A stretch of 64,000 nucleotides of DNA, taken from the IMG/VR virus record IMGVR_UViG_3300045999_006495, positions 1 to 64,000 of that record; one strand, given 5' to 3'. The notes below the pieces were generated by a model. That model did not search any database and had not been told where the DNA came from. It saw only the letters and a program-made list of their open reading frames with translations. A program made the translations under genes and the position numbers. Source of the stretch: a virus. Below, piece by piece: positions 16,605 to 25,099 of the stretch (positions are counted from its first letter, which is position 1; each line of letters starts with the position of its first letter).

Positions 16605-17448
16605 TCTTTATCCTTTTCTTACTCTGTTGGTAAGCTTTGTTATAATATACCCGAACTCTCCCAGTGTTTCTAAACCCGCCCTCAATTAGTTGACCATTAT
16701 CATCATAGAGTATGTTGTAGATGCCGGGAAACTTCTTTGCAAGAGTTTGCTTTGTCCGCATTAACTTCTCGTAGTCCTGATGATTCCACAGTACGGACTC
16801 CATGTTCTTTTTACGGATGCTCTGGTTCTTAAAGTAGAACTCTTCAGAACACTTATTACCATAACCTTTAGTAAGTAAGGTAAGTACCATGTTAATGTCA
16901 TGAGATGTAGAAGTGGCTGTGAGACCCCAAGTATCTAAGTCCTCATGTGCAAAGTCAGCTCCGTTAAACCAGAATGCACTTGCTATAGTTGTATTGTATC
17001 TTGATATTGTACTACCCGGACGGTTTTGTATGTGTGCTAAGCCACCAAGACTGACTTCTGGTTCATCTAACCAAGAGTCCATCATATCAAACAGCCCCAA
17101 AATTTCCTCTGGAGTTAAATCTCTTTGAGATCCAGGTAGGTTATTTGGCCCATCAAAGTACTTAGTGTTGCGTCTACCAAACCCTAAATCATCGTCAAGC
17201 ATTGCATACTTGATTGGTCCTGCTGTTTTGTAAATTAAGAGTCTGGTGTTAGCCAGCCCAAACTCATTAGTATAGTGATACTCATGTGTATCTGGAAGCA
17301 CTAAATAGTTGCAATCGTACTTGTACTGGTCAGCTTCCCAAGCCTGAACAACCAAGGTAACTTTCTTTTTTAACTCATCTGGTAGCATGTTAAAAGTTAT
17401 CTGGTTGTCAACTCTCTTAACAGTTGGGATATAGATTTTTTCTATCAT
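16597..17448 (-). CDS. GT-A glycosyltransferase, TAGT-like, paralog 1
   Basis: IYIPTxxR, YAMLDDD, SHD. Confidence 0.7.
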   Translation of the reverse strand: MIEKIYIPTVKRVDNQITFNMLPDELKKKVTLVVQAWEADQYKYDCNYLVLPDTHEYHYTNEFGLANTRLLIYKTAGPIKYAMLDDDLGFGRRNTKYFDGPNNLPGSQRDLTPEEILGLFDMMDSWLDEPEVSLGGLAHIQNRPGSTISRYNTTIASAFWFNGADFAHEDLDTWGLTATSTSHDINMVLTLLTKGYGNKCSEEFYFKNQSIRKKNMESVLWNHQDYEKLMRTKQTLAKKFPGIYNILYDDNGQLIEGGFRNTGRVRVYYNKAYQQSKKRIKND

Positions 17449-17720
17449 GTATACTCCACTAAAAACCCATCTGGGTTATAAGTACCAATAGCAAGGTGCA
17501 GGTGCTTCTTAGCCTTACTAACAGCCGTCTTTATTGCGTGTCCCTTATAATTCTCAATCAACCTAAAGCTAAATGAAGTCTTTAACCAGAAAGCTGGAGT
17601 GGGGCTCCAGCTCCTGTTCCTAAGAGTAACATCAGCTTCCCAGTGCTCATCATCAAAAGTAAGTACACTGACAACCATACTATGGTGTTCTGATTCTAAT
17701 TGTGCGTGGTAATCATTCAC
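17445..17720 (-). CDS. Hypothetical protein
   Basis: Coupled ORF. Confidence 0.7.
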   Translation of the reverse strand: MNDYHAQLESEHHSMVVSVLTFDDEHWEADVTLRNRSWSPTPAFWLKTSFSFRLIENYKGHAIKTAVSKAKKHLHLAIGTYNPDGFLVEYT

Positions 17721-18003
17721 TGGTTCTCTCCTCTGCTAGGCTAAAAAAGATTATTTGATGTGCTCTGTCTATCATTGACTCAGCAATTCTCTTTATCTCT
17801 TCATCAGTCTGCTTACCTACAGTATACCAATCAATACGAACCCACCCATCATCAGAGTTCTTACCACCCTCAAAGGTAACCATAATCTGTGTATCAGCAT
17901 GGTGTTTGTTACGCCAAGCAATCAATCTATACCCAAATACAAACCTACGGGTAGTAATCTCTTCCCATAGTGTACCAAAAGCTGACTTTACAGGCTTGTC
18001 CAT
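17713..18003 (-). CDS. Hypothetical protein (paralog of 18013-18267)
   Basis: GGAG RBS; shares the W...TFEG...G..xD...xxRAxxIxF pattern. Confidence 0.75.
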   Translation of the reverse strand: MDKPVKSAFGTLWEEITTRRFVFGYRLIAWRNKHHADTQIMVTFEGGKNSDDGWVRIDWYTVGKQTDEEIKRIAESMIDRAHQIIFFSLAEERTSE

Positions 18004-18012
18004 TTTGTTCTC

Positions 18013-18267
18013 CTAACGCCGCATAAATACAATGTCCCTAGCCCTCTCTACCAAGTTCTCTATAATCTTGTCCTCGTTGGCCAAGTTAATAGGAACAGCA
18101 ACTATATCGAGTTCTGAGTAACCACGGGGACCATGTCCCTCAAAAGTAATCTTATAGATTACATGGTTGTTAAATTCAGTTTTCCAAATAGCAAACGAAT
18201 AACTGAGTGTGAGTTCTTCTTGATATATAAGCTCATAGTCACACATAGGGGTAGTTCTAGTACTCAT
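18013..18267 (-). CDS. Hypothetical protein (start moved from 18378)
   Basis: AGGA RBS before ATG 18267; avoids overlap with the upstream gene. Confidence 0.65.
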   Translation of the reverse strand: MSTRTTPMCDYELIYQEELTLSYSFAIWKTEFNNHVIYKITFEGHGPRGYSELDIVAVPINLANEDKIIENLVERARDIVFMRR

Positions 18268-18271
18268 TTTC

Positions 18272-18682
18272 CTAAATTGGCCAGACATAAGGTATAAACT
18301 CCATTTCAAATTGAGGATAATCAGACGGCGACTTATGATACAAATTGGACTGATGTGACATATGTAATGACTTGTCACCTAACCACCAAGGCATTTCCAC
18401 AGTTTCTGGTACTGAGTACATAAACATAGTATTCTTGTAGCCGCGCTTAATCCACTCTTCTATAGCTATATTACAATACAGCTTGAGAGCATTAGGATAA
18501 CTGCGCCACATTTTAGTTGCTGGGTGATTAACCCAGCCCTTGTAAGGTTTACCATCTAGAGTAGGTACTTGCTCAATAGCCTTAATTAACTGCATAGCCT
18601 CTACACGCTGTTTGCCTAGTCTACGGTAGTCTAGGGCTTGTAATGACTCACGAAAATCTGCATATGGTAAGAATGTCTGCAT
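18272..18682 (-). CDS. Pyrimidine-dimer DNA glycosylase / endonuclease V-like protein (MSMEG_6728 family)
   Basis: MQTFLPY..F......LD..RLGKQRVE, HPA.KMW, PWWLG...H.SH.SNL..K motifs. Confidence 0.85.
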   Translation of the reverse strand: MQTFLPYADFRESLQALDYRRLGKQRVEAMQLIKAIEQVPTLDGKPYKGWVNHPATKMWRSYPNALKLYCNIAIEEWIKRGYKNTMFMYSVPETVEMPWWLGDKSLHMSHQSNLYHKSPSDYPQFEMEFIPYVWPI

Positions 18683-18723
18683 AATTAATTCCTTTCTGTA
18701 GCTATTCTAGCACAAAAAGAATT

Positions 18724-19374
18724 TCATGTCAACTGGGTAACTGTCTCATATCCGGGGAGACCACCCCACTTTTCTATGTAATAAGCTTGATTTATTCTGA
18801 ATACTCTATGGTGAAGTTCTAAGTCCTCAGCTGATAAAGATTTAATTGTAGAGCTTCCCTCGTGGTAGTATTTAGGATCGCCCAAGAATTGCATCTGGAC
18901 ATTGTTTAATTTCATTCTCATAAAATAATCATTGTCCTCAAAGTATGCAGGATGAAAGTTCTCATCAAACTTACCTACTAGTTTAAACACACTTAAGGGT
19001 AAAGTAAACAAAGAGAATGAGTTGTCCCCACCGTAAGCAATAAAGTCTCTTGGAAATTCCTTTAGCTTATCTAGCATGGTTGATATAGTATCTTCAAATA
19101 GAATGATGTCGTCGTTGGCTATTATCACAGCATCTAAGCCTTCGTCAACAGCTAATTCACAAAAGAAGTTCCAAGATTTAGCAACACCTAAGTTAGTTTC
19201 TGAGTACGAGTAGAAAACTGGTACATTCATAGGGACTTCTAACTTAAGAGACTTCTCTGGTCTATTAGAATGCACATAGACAAACTCAATACCATCGGTA
19301 TTTAAACTGGGTAGATGGTTAGTACGTACCCAATCTAACTGATTAAATGTTGGTATAAAATAACCTACTCTCAT
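18724..19374 (-). CDS. GT2-family glycosyltransferase
   Basis: NLGVAKSWN, ANDDI, GKFDENFHPAYFEDNDY. Confidence 0.85.
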   Translation of the reverse strand: MRVGYFIPTFNQLDWVRTNHLPSLNTDGIEFVYVHSNRPEKSLKLEVPMNVPVFYSYSETNLGVAKSWNFFCELAVDEGLDAVIIANDDIILFEDTISTMLDKLKEFPRDFIAYGGDNSFSLFTLPLSVFKLVGKFDENFHPAYFEDNDYFMRMKLNNVQMQFLGDPKYYHEGSSTIKSLSAEDLELHHRVFRINQAYYIEKWGGLPGYETVTQLT

Positions 19375-19375
19375 G

Positions 19376-19933
19376 TTAGCCCCTCAAGTAATTATAATAG
19401 CTAATGTATTTTTGTATCTTAAGGTACTTTCCAAATTGGTAAGCTTCTTTTGCTAAGATACCATCAGCAACATAATCATCCTTAAACTTTAAATTTTTCA
19501 TAACACTCCCTTTAACCATGTAACAAGCGGTGTCTATATTTCCAACATCTGGGTGGTCTGGTGGATTTAATCTAGTCTGACCATTCTTCCAGAGCTGACC
19601 CCAACCAAGCATGTTAAAATCTAACTGTACATATTCCAGAACTGTAGAATACCAGTCTGGGTGAATAATGTTATCATCATCAAGAATGTACACCCAGTCT
19701 TCGTCACTCAGATTAATTTTAGATAGTGCATAGTTTCTAGTTGGGTTACCGGAAAAGCCTGTGTATGGGGAATGAACAAAAGTAAGATTGCCTACATAAC
19801 CCTCAGGCGCAGTCTCTCTGTGGTTAATCACTGAGTTGTCATACGAGACTACCCAGTTACACTCAAGGGGTACTGAGTTAATCATGTACTTAATGTTTTC
19901 TGGTCTAGTACAAGGTGTAATAATATGTATCAT
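19376..19933 (-). CDS. GT-A/GT2-like glycosyltransferase
   Basis: IITPCTR, RNYAL, YILDDDN, IDTA, ADG. Confidence 0.8.
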   Translation of the reverse strand: MIHIITPCTRPENIKYMINSVPLECNWVVSYDNSVINHRETAPEGYVGNLTFVHSPYTGFSGNPTRNYALSKINLSDEDWVYILDDDNIIHPDWYSTVLEYVQLDFNMLGWGQLWKNGQTRLNPPDHPDVGNIDTACYMVKGSVMKNLKFKDDYVADGILAKEAYQFGKYLKIQKYISYYNYLRG

Positions 19934-20577
19934 TAAACACCTCTAACAAACACAAGAAGTTTATCATTATTCCAACCTGTAGAATCTTTATTTACATGCT
20001 CTGTCTCAATAAATGTAATGCTTTGATAGTGTGGTATAATCTCTTTCAGTGCCTCGTAGTACTTTTGTTCTGGAAAGTCTCTGAAAATGTCCTCAATGAC
20101 AAAGTAACCACCCGGCCGTATAAACTTATGAATAACTTTTGCTATTCTGATTTGATCCTCAAACTTGTGTGTTGAGTCATCAATAATTACATCAAAAGTA
20201 ACACCAGAATTTATCAAATTCAAAATAATAGAGTCAACAGATGTAACATCCATAGGTAGATATGTTACTTTTGTTAAATTGTCCATCAAAGCATTCTCTA
20301 TTTTCTCTGGGTAGTATTCCCAGCCCCACAAGTTAGCCTGAGGAAAGTATGACCGCCAGCATTTCATTGACTGATTTTGTTCAATACCAATTTCCCCAAA
20401 ATTAATAGGCAAATGTCTTAGTGGACTAAACAACAAATCATATACAGCTGTATACGGGTGTCTATGCCCGCTTACGCTTGAGAAATTATACGGTGATTTA
20501 TCAGTGGGGTAAACAACACCCAGCTCACATAGGTCAGTCCTAGATGAGCTGGAGTCAATAACTAGTTTATTAAACAT
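19933..20577 (-). CDS. Class I SAM-dependent methyltransferase (sugar O-methyltransferase-like)
   Basis: TDK...H.Y...Y, EIGI, FDVIIDDSTH, GGYFVIEDI. Confidence 0.8.
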   Translation of the reverse strand: MFNKLVIDSSSSRTDLCELGVVYPTDKSPYNFSSVSGHRHPYTAVYDLLFSPLRHLPINFGEIGIEQNQSMKCWRSYFPQANLWGWEYYPEKIENALMDNLTKVTYLPMDVTSVDSIILNLINSGVTFDVIIDDSTHKFEDQIRIAKVIHKFIRPGGYFVIEDIFRDFPEQKYYEALKEIIPHYQSITFIETEHVNKDSTGWNNDKLLVFVRGV

Positions 20578-20584
20578 AGGTCTC

Positions 20585-21268
20585 CTAAAGACTTTGCTCT
20601 TTTAAATGGTACAGTGATGGAAACACATCAATAATGTTATCCCAACACGCTTGAGCAAGTAAGCGGTGTTCTTTTTGTGTCTCAAGTTTTGTGCGTTCTC
20701 CGCAGTAGTGAATCCAAGAACGAATTGTACCATTGATAGCAAGCCTTGAGCGCATAAGACCCTCTGGAAGTACTACTCTGGCCTGTTCCTTAGCAATACC
20801 ATGGCTACGTGCCCAACGATAAATGGTTTCTGCCTTTACAATCAATTCAGTCTGCATCTCTTCCCAAGTAGCAGCTACATACTCATGCTCACGATTCCAC
20901 AAGTCCAGTTCAATACTATTCTGACGGTTATTTGTGTCTTGTAGGCGAGCTTCTCTAGTTTCAAAACCTAGCTCTGCTGTTGAATCAGCGTAGCGTTGTG
21001 AGTATTCTTGGAAACAGAAGCTTCGGTGTCTGAGAATCTGTCGGGCAATATCTCGGGTAGTCTCCACCTCCATAACAACATTAACCATCTCAAAGGGTGA
21101 CCAGTGGCGATGTTTTACAAGGTACTTCAACAAACGAGCTGAAGTCTCTGTATTCATTTGGTTACTTGGATTTGAGATACGTGCGAAGTAAGCAATCAAG
21201 TCCTCTGGGAGCATGTGCTTAATATCTTCATCATAGGCCTGAGTCACCGCTTTAATCTTTGCGTACAT
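20585..21268 (-). CDS. thyX: Flavin-dependent thymidylate synthase
   Basis: HWSPFE, RQILRHRSF.FQEYSQRY, EQAR.VLP, TQKEHR. Confidence 0.95.
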   Translation of the reverse strand: MYAKIKAVTQAYDEDIKHMLPEDLIAYFARISNPSNQMNTETSARLLKYLVKHRHWSPFEMVNVVMEVETTRDIARQILRHRSFCFQEYSQRYADSTAELGFETREARLQDTNNRQNSIELDLWNREHEYVAATWEEMQTELIVKAETIYRWARSHGIAKEQARVVLPEGLMRSRLAINGTIRSWIHYCGERTKLETQKEHRLLAQACWDNIIDVFPSLYHLKEQSL

Positions 21269-21269
21269 G

Positions 21270-21911
21270 TTACTTCACTTTCTTGATAAAAGATGTAAGG
21301 TCGTTAATCCAACCTTGAATATTTGGGTCATTAGACCACCCTGCATTCATACCCATTCTGATAAGGTAGAATGAATCCCACAACTTTGACCACACAATAT
21401 CTGCAATTTTTTGCTCAGAAATTTGTGACCCTCCACTGTTATTCTTTTTAAGCTCTTCAATTTCTCTAGCTTGTCTAGCATTTATAGCTTCTACAGACCC
21501 TACACGATTAGTCAGGCGGTCGCAGACTGCTTGCAAGTTAGAAATCATCTGCTTAAGCTCTGCTACTTGCTTATCGTTTATATTCACTGTTGTTGAGTTG
21601 ACTTTGTCATCTGGGTGAATGTAACCCTCAATAGGTATGAGAAACTGCTTACGATTCTCTGTGTTGAGTGCTAGATATAGCTCCTTACCAATTACATGCA
21701 GTGAACCATGCGAACCGGGGAAAGACAGAAGAAGTTGAGGGGGTTGATTCTTTGGGGTTTTCCACACATTAATACCAAACGCTACACTAGAGCTGGGTGA
21801 TCCCATTGAAGTACTGTAGATAGCACCAGTTTTGTCTGGCTCAATCTCTGTTCGTGTGGCAGTATAATTACCGCCGGGTTTACTAATATCAATCATTTTT
21901 GGCTGAGTCAT
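21270..21911 (-). CDS. Hypothetical protein with coiled coil
   Basis: GGAG RBS; heptad region. Confidence 0.7.
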   Translation of the reverse strand: MTQPKMIDISKPGGNYTATRTEIEPDKTGAIYSTSMGSPSSSVAFGINVWKTPKNQPPQLLLSFPGSHGSLHVIGKELYLALNTENRKQFLIPIEGYIHPDDKVNSTTVNINDKQVAELKQMISNLQAVCDRLTNRVGSVEAINARQAREIEELKKNNSGGSQISEQKIADIVWSKLWDSFYLIRMGMNAGWSNDPNIQGWINDLTSFIKKVK

Positions 21912-21941
21912 TATATACTCTCCTGAGTTAATAACCTTTAA

Positions 21942-22017
21942 TGGTACCGGTGGAGGGATTTGAACCCCCGACCCACAGTTTAGAAGACTGTTGCTCTATC
22001 CACTGAGCTACACCGGC
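21942..22017 (-). tRNA. tRNA-Arg(TCT)
   Basis: GCCGGTG acceptor, TAGCTCAGTGGATAGAGC D-arm, ACAGT-CTTCTAA-ACTGT anticodon arm, GTTCAAATC T-loop, encoded CCA. Confidence 0.95.
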
Positions 22018-22025
22018 ACTGTCCT

Positions 22026-22101
22026 TGGTGGGCCAGACAGGGGTCGAACCTGTAACCAACTCGTTATGAGCGAGGTGCTCTAACCTTTGAGCTACTGGCC
22101 C
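22026..22101 (-). tRNA. tRNA with CAT anticodon, probably Ile2 (lysidine-modified); Met not excluded
   Basis: GGGCCAG acceptor, CTCG-CTCATAA-CGAG, GTTCGA T-loop, encoded CCA; G1-C72 pair argues against initiator tRNA. Confidence 0.9.
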
Positions 22102-22375
22102 GTTCTCTGATGGCCCACGTCTCTTTATAAGTCTTTGCAAACTTATTGAGGATTCTGATGGCTTCTTCATCAGTTGTATATCTGAACCAGTATTCTGGTG
22201 CTAACCTTGGGGTAAGTTTAGCTTCACCATCTTTACTGGTAATAAGCCATCTGTAGTAGATAGAACACTCATTATCTTCTACTACATGCTCAAGCTCAAG
22301 ACGGGCTTTCTCTGTTATTGCTAACTCTGAAATAACCCGTCTTGTCTTTTTTGATTTAGGCTTTCTAATCTTCAT
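22064..22375 (-). CDS. Hypothetical protein; 3' end overlaps the CAT tRNA
   Basis: Coupled to the upstream gene with GAGG RBS. Confidence 0.6.
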   Translation of the reverse strand: MKIRKPKSKKTRRVISELAITEKARLELEHVVEDNECSIYYRWLITSKDGEAKLTPRLAPEYWFRYTTDEEAIRILNKFAKTYKETWAIRERASSSKVRAPRS

Positions 22376-23798
22376 AAACCTCTGGGAGATTGTAACGGTC
22401 TACCATCACTGTTTTCAACATCATGTTGAAAGGTGTGAATGAGTCCTTTTCCATACCAAGTACGGACTTTACAATCACTGGTGAGCATCCGCTTATCAAG
22501 GCTGTACCAGATGAGTGCGCTGATACAGGTACTCCCTTGACATTGTTGACATTCCAGAATACAATACTAGGCATTTCATAGCCAGACTCAGTGTACTTTG
22601 CCTTGGCTAATTCAAACAGAGTAGCATTAGAATTTTCAACTGCCACATCAAACTGCATATCTGATAAGATAAGCAGAGTACCGGGCATGTCCTCTTGTGC
22701 AACATTGTTGTCCTTGGCTACTTTGAGAATAGCATCAAGAGCATTTACAATATTGGTACTACCACCCCACTCTGCCTTGACCATCTGAACCAGACGGTCT
22801 ACAATATTACCGTTGAGAGTAACAAACTTAGGCTTGGTAGTGAAAGTAAGGAACATATCCTTAAAAGCACCCTCATTCTTTTCAGACAAGTACAGACCAA
22901 TAGAGACTGCAACATCAATAGGGGTTAAGTTACCATCTAAACCAGAGTACATAGAACCGCTAACATCTACCAGTGGTAAGATATTAGCATTACCTACATA
23001 GTTTGGAAGAGCATCCCATTGTGCTACAGTAGCTTTGATTACATAAGGGTCGAACTTAAGACGACTAATGTTTCCATGAGATGGAAGCATACCCTTAATA
23101 ATATCATATGGAAATACTGCCCCGGCGTTAATCTTCTCCTCTCCGTCAATAACACGCTCAAGGTACTTTGAATAGGTGCTTGAGTTGCGAGCAAAAGCTT
23201 TCTTGTACCGTGAGTGAGCTACTGATGGAACTTGTGAGAAGTTAATTGAGTCCCACTGCTTTTCACACATTTGGGTCTCTACCACATTGGTCCGCTCAAC
23301 AAGGTACTTACGCCACTGACGTGGGGTCATCTTGAAGAACTCAGCAAGCTCACGAGCTACTGAACCCTGACGTGGCATCCATTTAGCACACAAACCGTTG
23401 TTAGCTTCCAGAGCTGACTTAATCATCTTGAAAGCATACTGACGGCCTTGATGAGTAACCAAGCACAAGAGGTCATCCCAACGACCAACCTCTGGCACTT
23501 TCTGAAGAACTGATTGAAGAATGTGGAATGGGTAGAATACTTCAATGTGTTGAAGAATCTTGCGGAAGAGTTCTCGCTCTCCAGCACCACCCCGAGCATC
23601 ACGCAACCACAATGCAGTTCGTAATGCTACTTCCATACTGACCCCAGCGGCCTTTGAAAACAAAGGAATTGGGTCCTGACCTCGCATAGCTCCTGCTTGG
23701 TAGAAGAAGTCTACCAGTGCTGAAGAGCTAGTTTCCAGAGTTGGCATACCATTGGTGGTAACCGTCCGGATGTTGTTCACTGCTTGTTTGAAGTTCAT
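22365..23798 (-). CDS. DUF2828-family helical + vWA protein (TROVE/Ro60-like architecture)
   Basis: LRDARGGAGER, GRWDDL, AKWMPR, vWA MIDAS DVSGSM, ILSDMQFD, IVFWN. Confidence 0.85.
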   Translation of the reverse strand: MNFKQAVNNIRTVTTNGMPTLETSSSALVDFFYQAGAMRGQDPIPLFSKAAGVSMEVALRTALWLRDARGGAGERELFRKILQHIEVFYPFHILQSVLQKVPEVGRWDDLLCLVTHQGRQYAFKMIKSALEANNGLCAKWMPRQGSVARELAEFFKMTPRQWRKYLVERTNVVETQMCEKQWDSINFSQVPSVAHSRYKKAFARNSSTYSKYLERVIDGEEKINAGAVFPYDIIKGMLPSHGNISRLKFDPYVIKATVAQWDALPNYVGNANILPLVDVSGSMYSGLDGNLTPIDVAVSIGLYLSEKNEGAFKDMFLTFTTKPKFVTLNGNIVDRLVQMVKAEWGGSTNIVNALDAILKVAKDNNVAQEDMPGTLLILSDMQFDVAVENSNATLFELAKAKYTESGYEMPSIVFWNVNNVKGVPVSAHSSGTALISGCSPVIVKSVLGMEKDSFTPFNMMLKTVMVDRYNLPEVYED

Positions 23799-23811
23799 AT
23801 AGTTCCTTTCT

Positions 23812-24106
23812 CTGGCTGACGTTGTTGGTAAAGTTGAAGTTTACTGATTAACTTGCTGAAGTCAGCCTAAATAACCGCAGACTGGTATTATATATTAATG
23901 CTTGATATATATAATTGGTTGCTGTAACCAGTCTAAATCTAACGAACATTGTGTAACAGATTGGCGTTATAACTTCCCATAAGTTTTTTAAGTTGTTGCT
24001 GAAACCAATCTAAAGTAAGTCTATCACATCTGTATTAAGTTGTCAAGTAGCAGGTTGGTGTAATGAAACCCATAATCATTTAAGTAGTGTGCTGTAACCA
24101 ACCTAA
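23812..24106 (-). ncRNA. Four ~56-nt Y-RNA-like hairpin RNAs (23812-23869, 23878-23936, 23957-24013, 24051-24106)
   Basis: Each has a covarying terminal stem, invariant TWCAGCA after the 5' stem and an AU-rich loop; directly upstream of the DUF2828 gene. Confidence 0.6.
24018..24046 (-). promoter_or_regulatory. Sigma70-type promoter TTGACA-17-TAGACT; predicted start at the 5' end of hairpin 3
   Basis: Near-consensus match. Confidence 0.7.
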
Positions 24107-24113
24107 TATAATT

Positions 24114-24524
24114 CTACCACGACTTTATGTTCTTGTCAAATACTGGTGGTGTAATTATTGCCCGGCCATCTTCTGTGAACGTAGCCCACTTACCCCAACA
24201 ATCTTTGCTAGAAACCCAGTGCTTCCAACCATAACCATTATTCCAGAGCTTGTAAAACATCTCTAGTTGTTTGGATTGTGGAGCATCTTTAGCCCGCTCT
24301 TTCTTACCCGATAACCATTCCCAAGTACGGTCATTAAATTGAAATGCACCAGTGTCATTTGTGTGACTAACAGCCTCCCACTCAATTGTACCCCAATTAT
24401 GACCATCACCTGATTCACAAGAAGTAATGGCAATCACTTCTGGTGCTACCTCTACAGACTTGCAGTAACCAAAGTCGCATACCCTAAACTGAATCTCTAA
24501 CAAAACAAATAACAGAAAAGTCAA
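24114..24524 (-). CDS. Secreted lysozyme-like transglycosylase (Rpf/SLT-like)
   Basis: Hydrophobic N-terminus, I..CESG catalytic Glu, GAFQF...TW, G..HW; GGAGG RBS. Confidence 0.75.
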   Translation of the reverse strand: MTFLLFVLLEIQFRVCDFGYCKSVEVAPEVIAITSCESGDGHNWGTIEWEAVSHTNDTGAFQFNDRTWEWLSGKKERAKDAPQSKQLEMFYKLWNNGYGWKHWVSSKDCWGKWATFTEDGRAIITPPVFDKNIKSW

Positions 24525-24565
24525 TAGTTCCTCCTAAAATTTATTACTACCTAAGTATAGCACGA

Positions 24566-25099
24566 TTAGAGTCGCGTGTCAAATGCTACAATGTCTTCTG
24601 CTATGCTGGCAATTTTTTGTGCGTATGTAGTACCGGGCCAAGCCCAGCGACCGTTCAAGTCTGCCCAAGTATCAGCAACCCCAAGAAGCTTTGCCCTCTC
24701 AAGTACATTATACCTTGGGGAAACCTGAGCAAGCCTAAGTCTTTGGTAGGTGCTCTCTTCCTCACCTAAATTTAGTGTATAGGCCAGTAAGTGTGCGTAC
24801 TGTGCTAATATTCCTTGCTCTGGATTAGTCCAGATATGACCCTCAGCACCATCATTAGTAGCACCAATACCAGCTGGATTATAATTCTGTACCCAACGTC
24901 TTGAGCTGAACCAGCCGGTCTCATGAATTGCTTGGGCAAATGGCATTACATTTCCAATACCAGTAGCTGCTCCGTAGACTGTGTAGGCCTTAGCAATGGT
25001 ATTGAGGTTCTCTACTTTCTTATTCTTCATCTGAACATACTTAACTAATGTGTCCTGCTTAACAGTCAGGTTAGAAAGAATCTTAATCTTCTCAAGCAT
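24566..25099 (-). CDS. Glucosaminidase (GH73-like) peptidoglycan hydrolase
   Basis: AQAIHETG.F, NPAGIG, L.GRWA...Y. Confidence 0.8.
   Translation of the reverse strand: MLEKIKILSNLTVKQDTLVKYVQMKNKKVENLNTIAKAYTVYGAATGIGNVMPFAQAIHETGWFSSRRWVQNYNPAGIGATNDGAEGHIWTNPEQGILAQYAHLLAYTLNLGEEESTYQRLRLAQVSPRYNVLERAKLLGVADTWADLNGRWAWPGTTYAQKIASIAEDIVAFDTRL

Noticed and set aside
21928-22170. 80-aa ORF
   Set aside because: It is a translation of the two tRNA genes.
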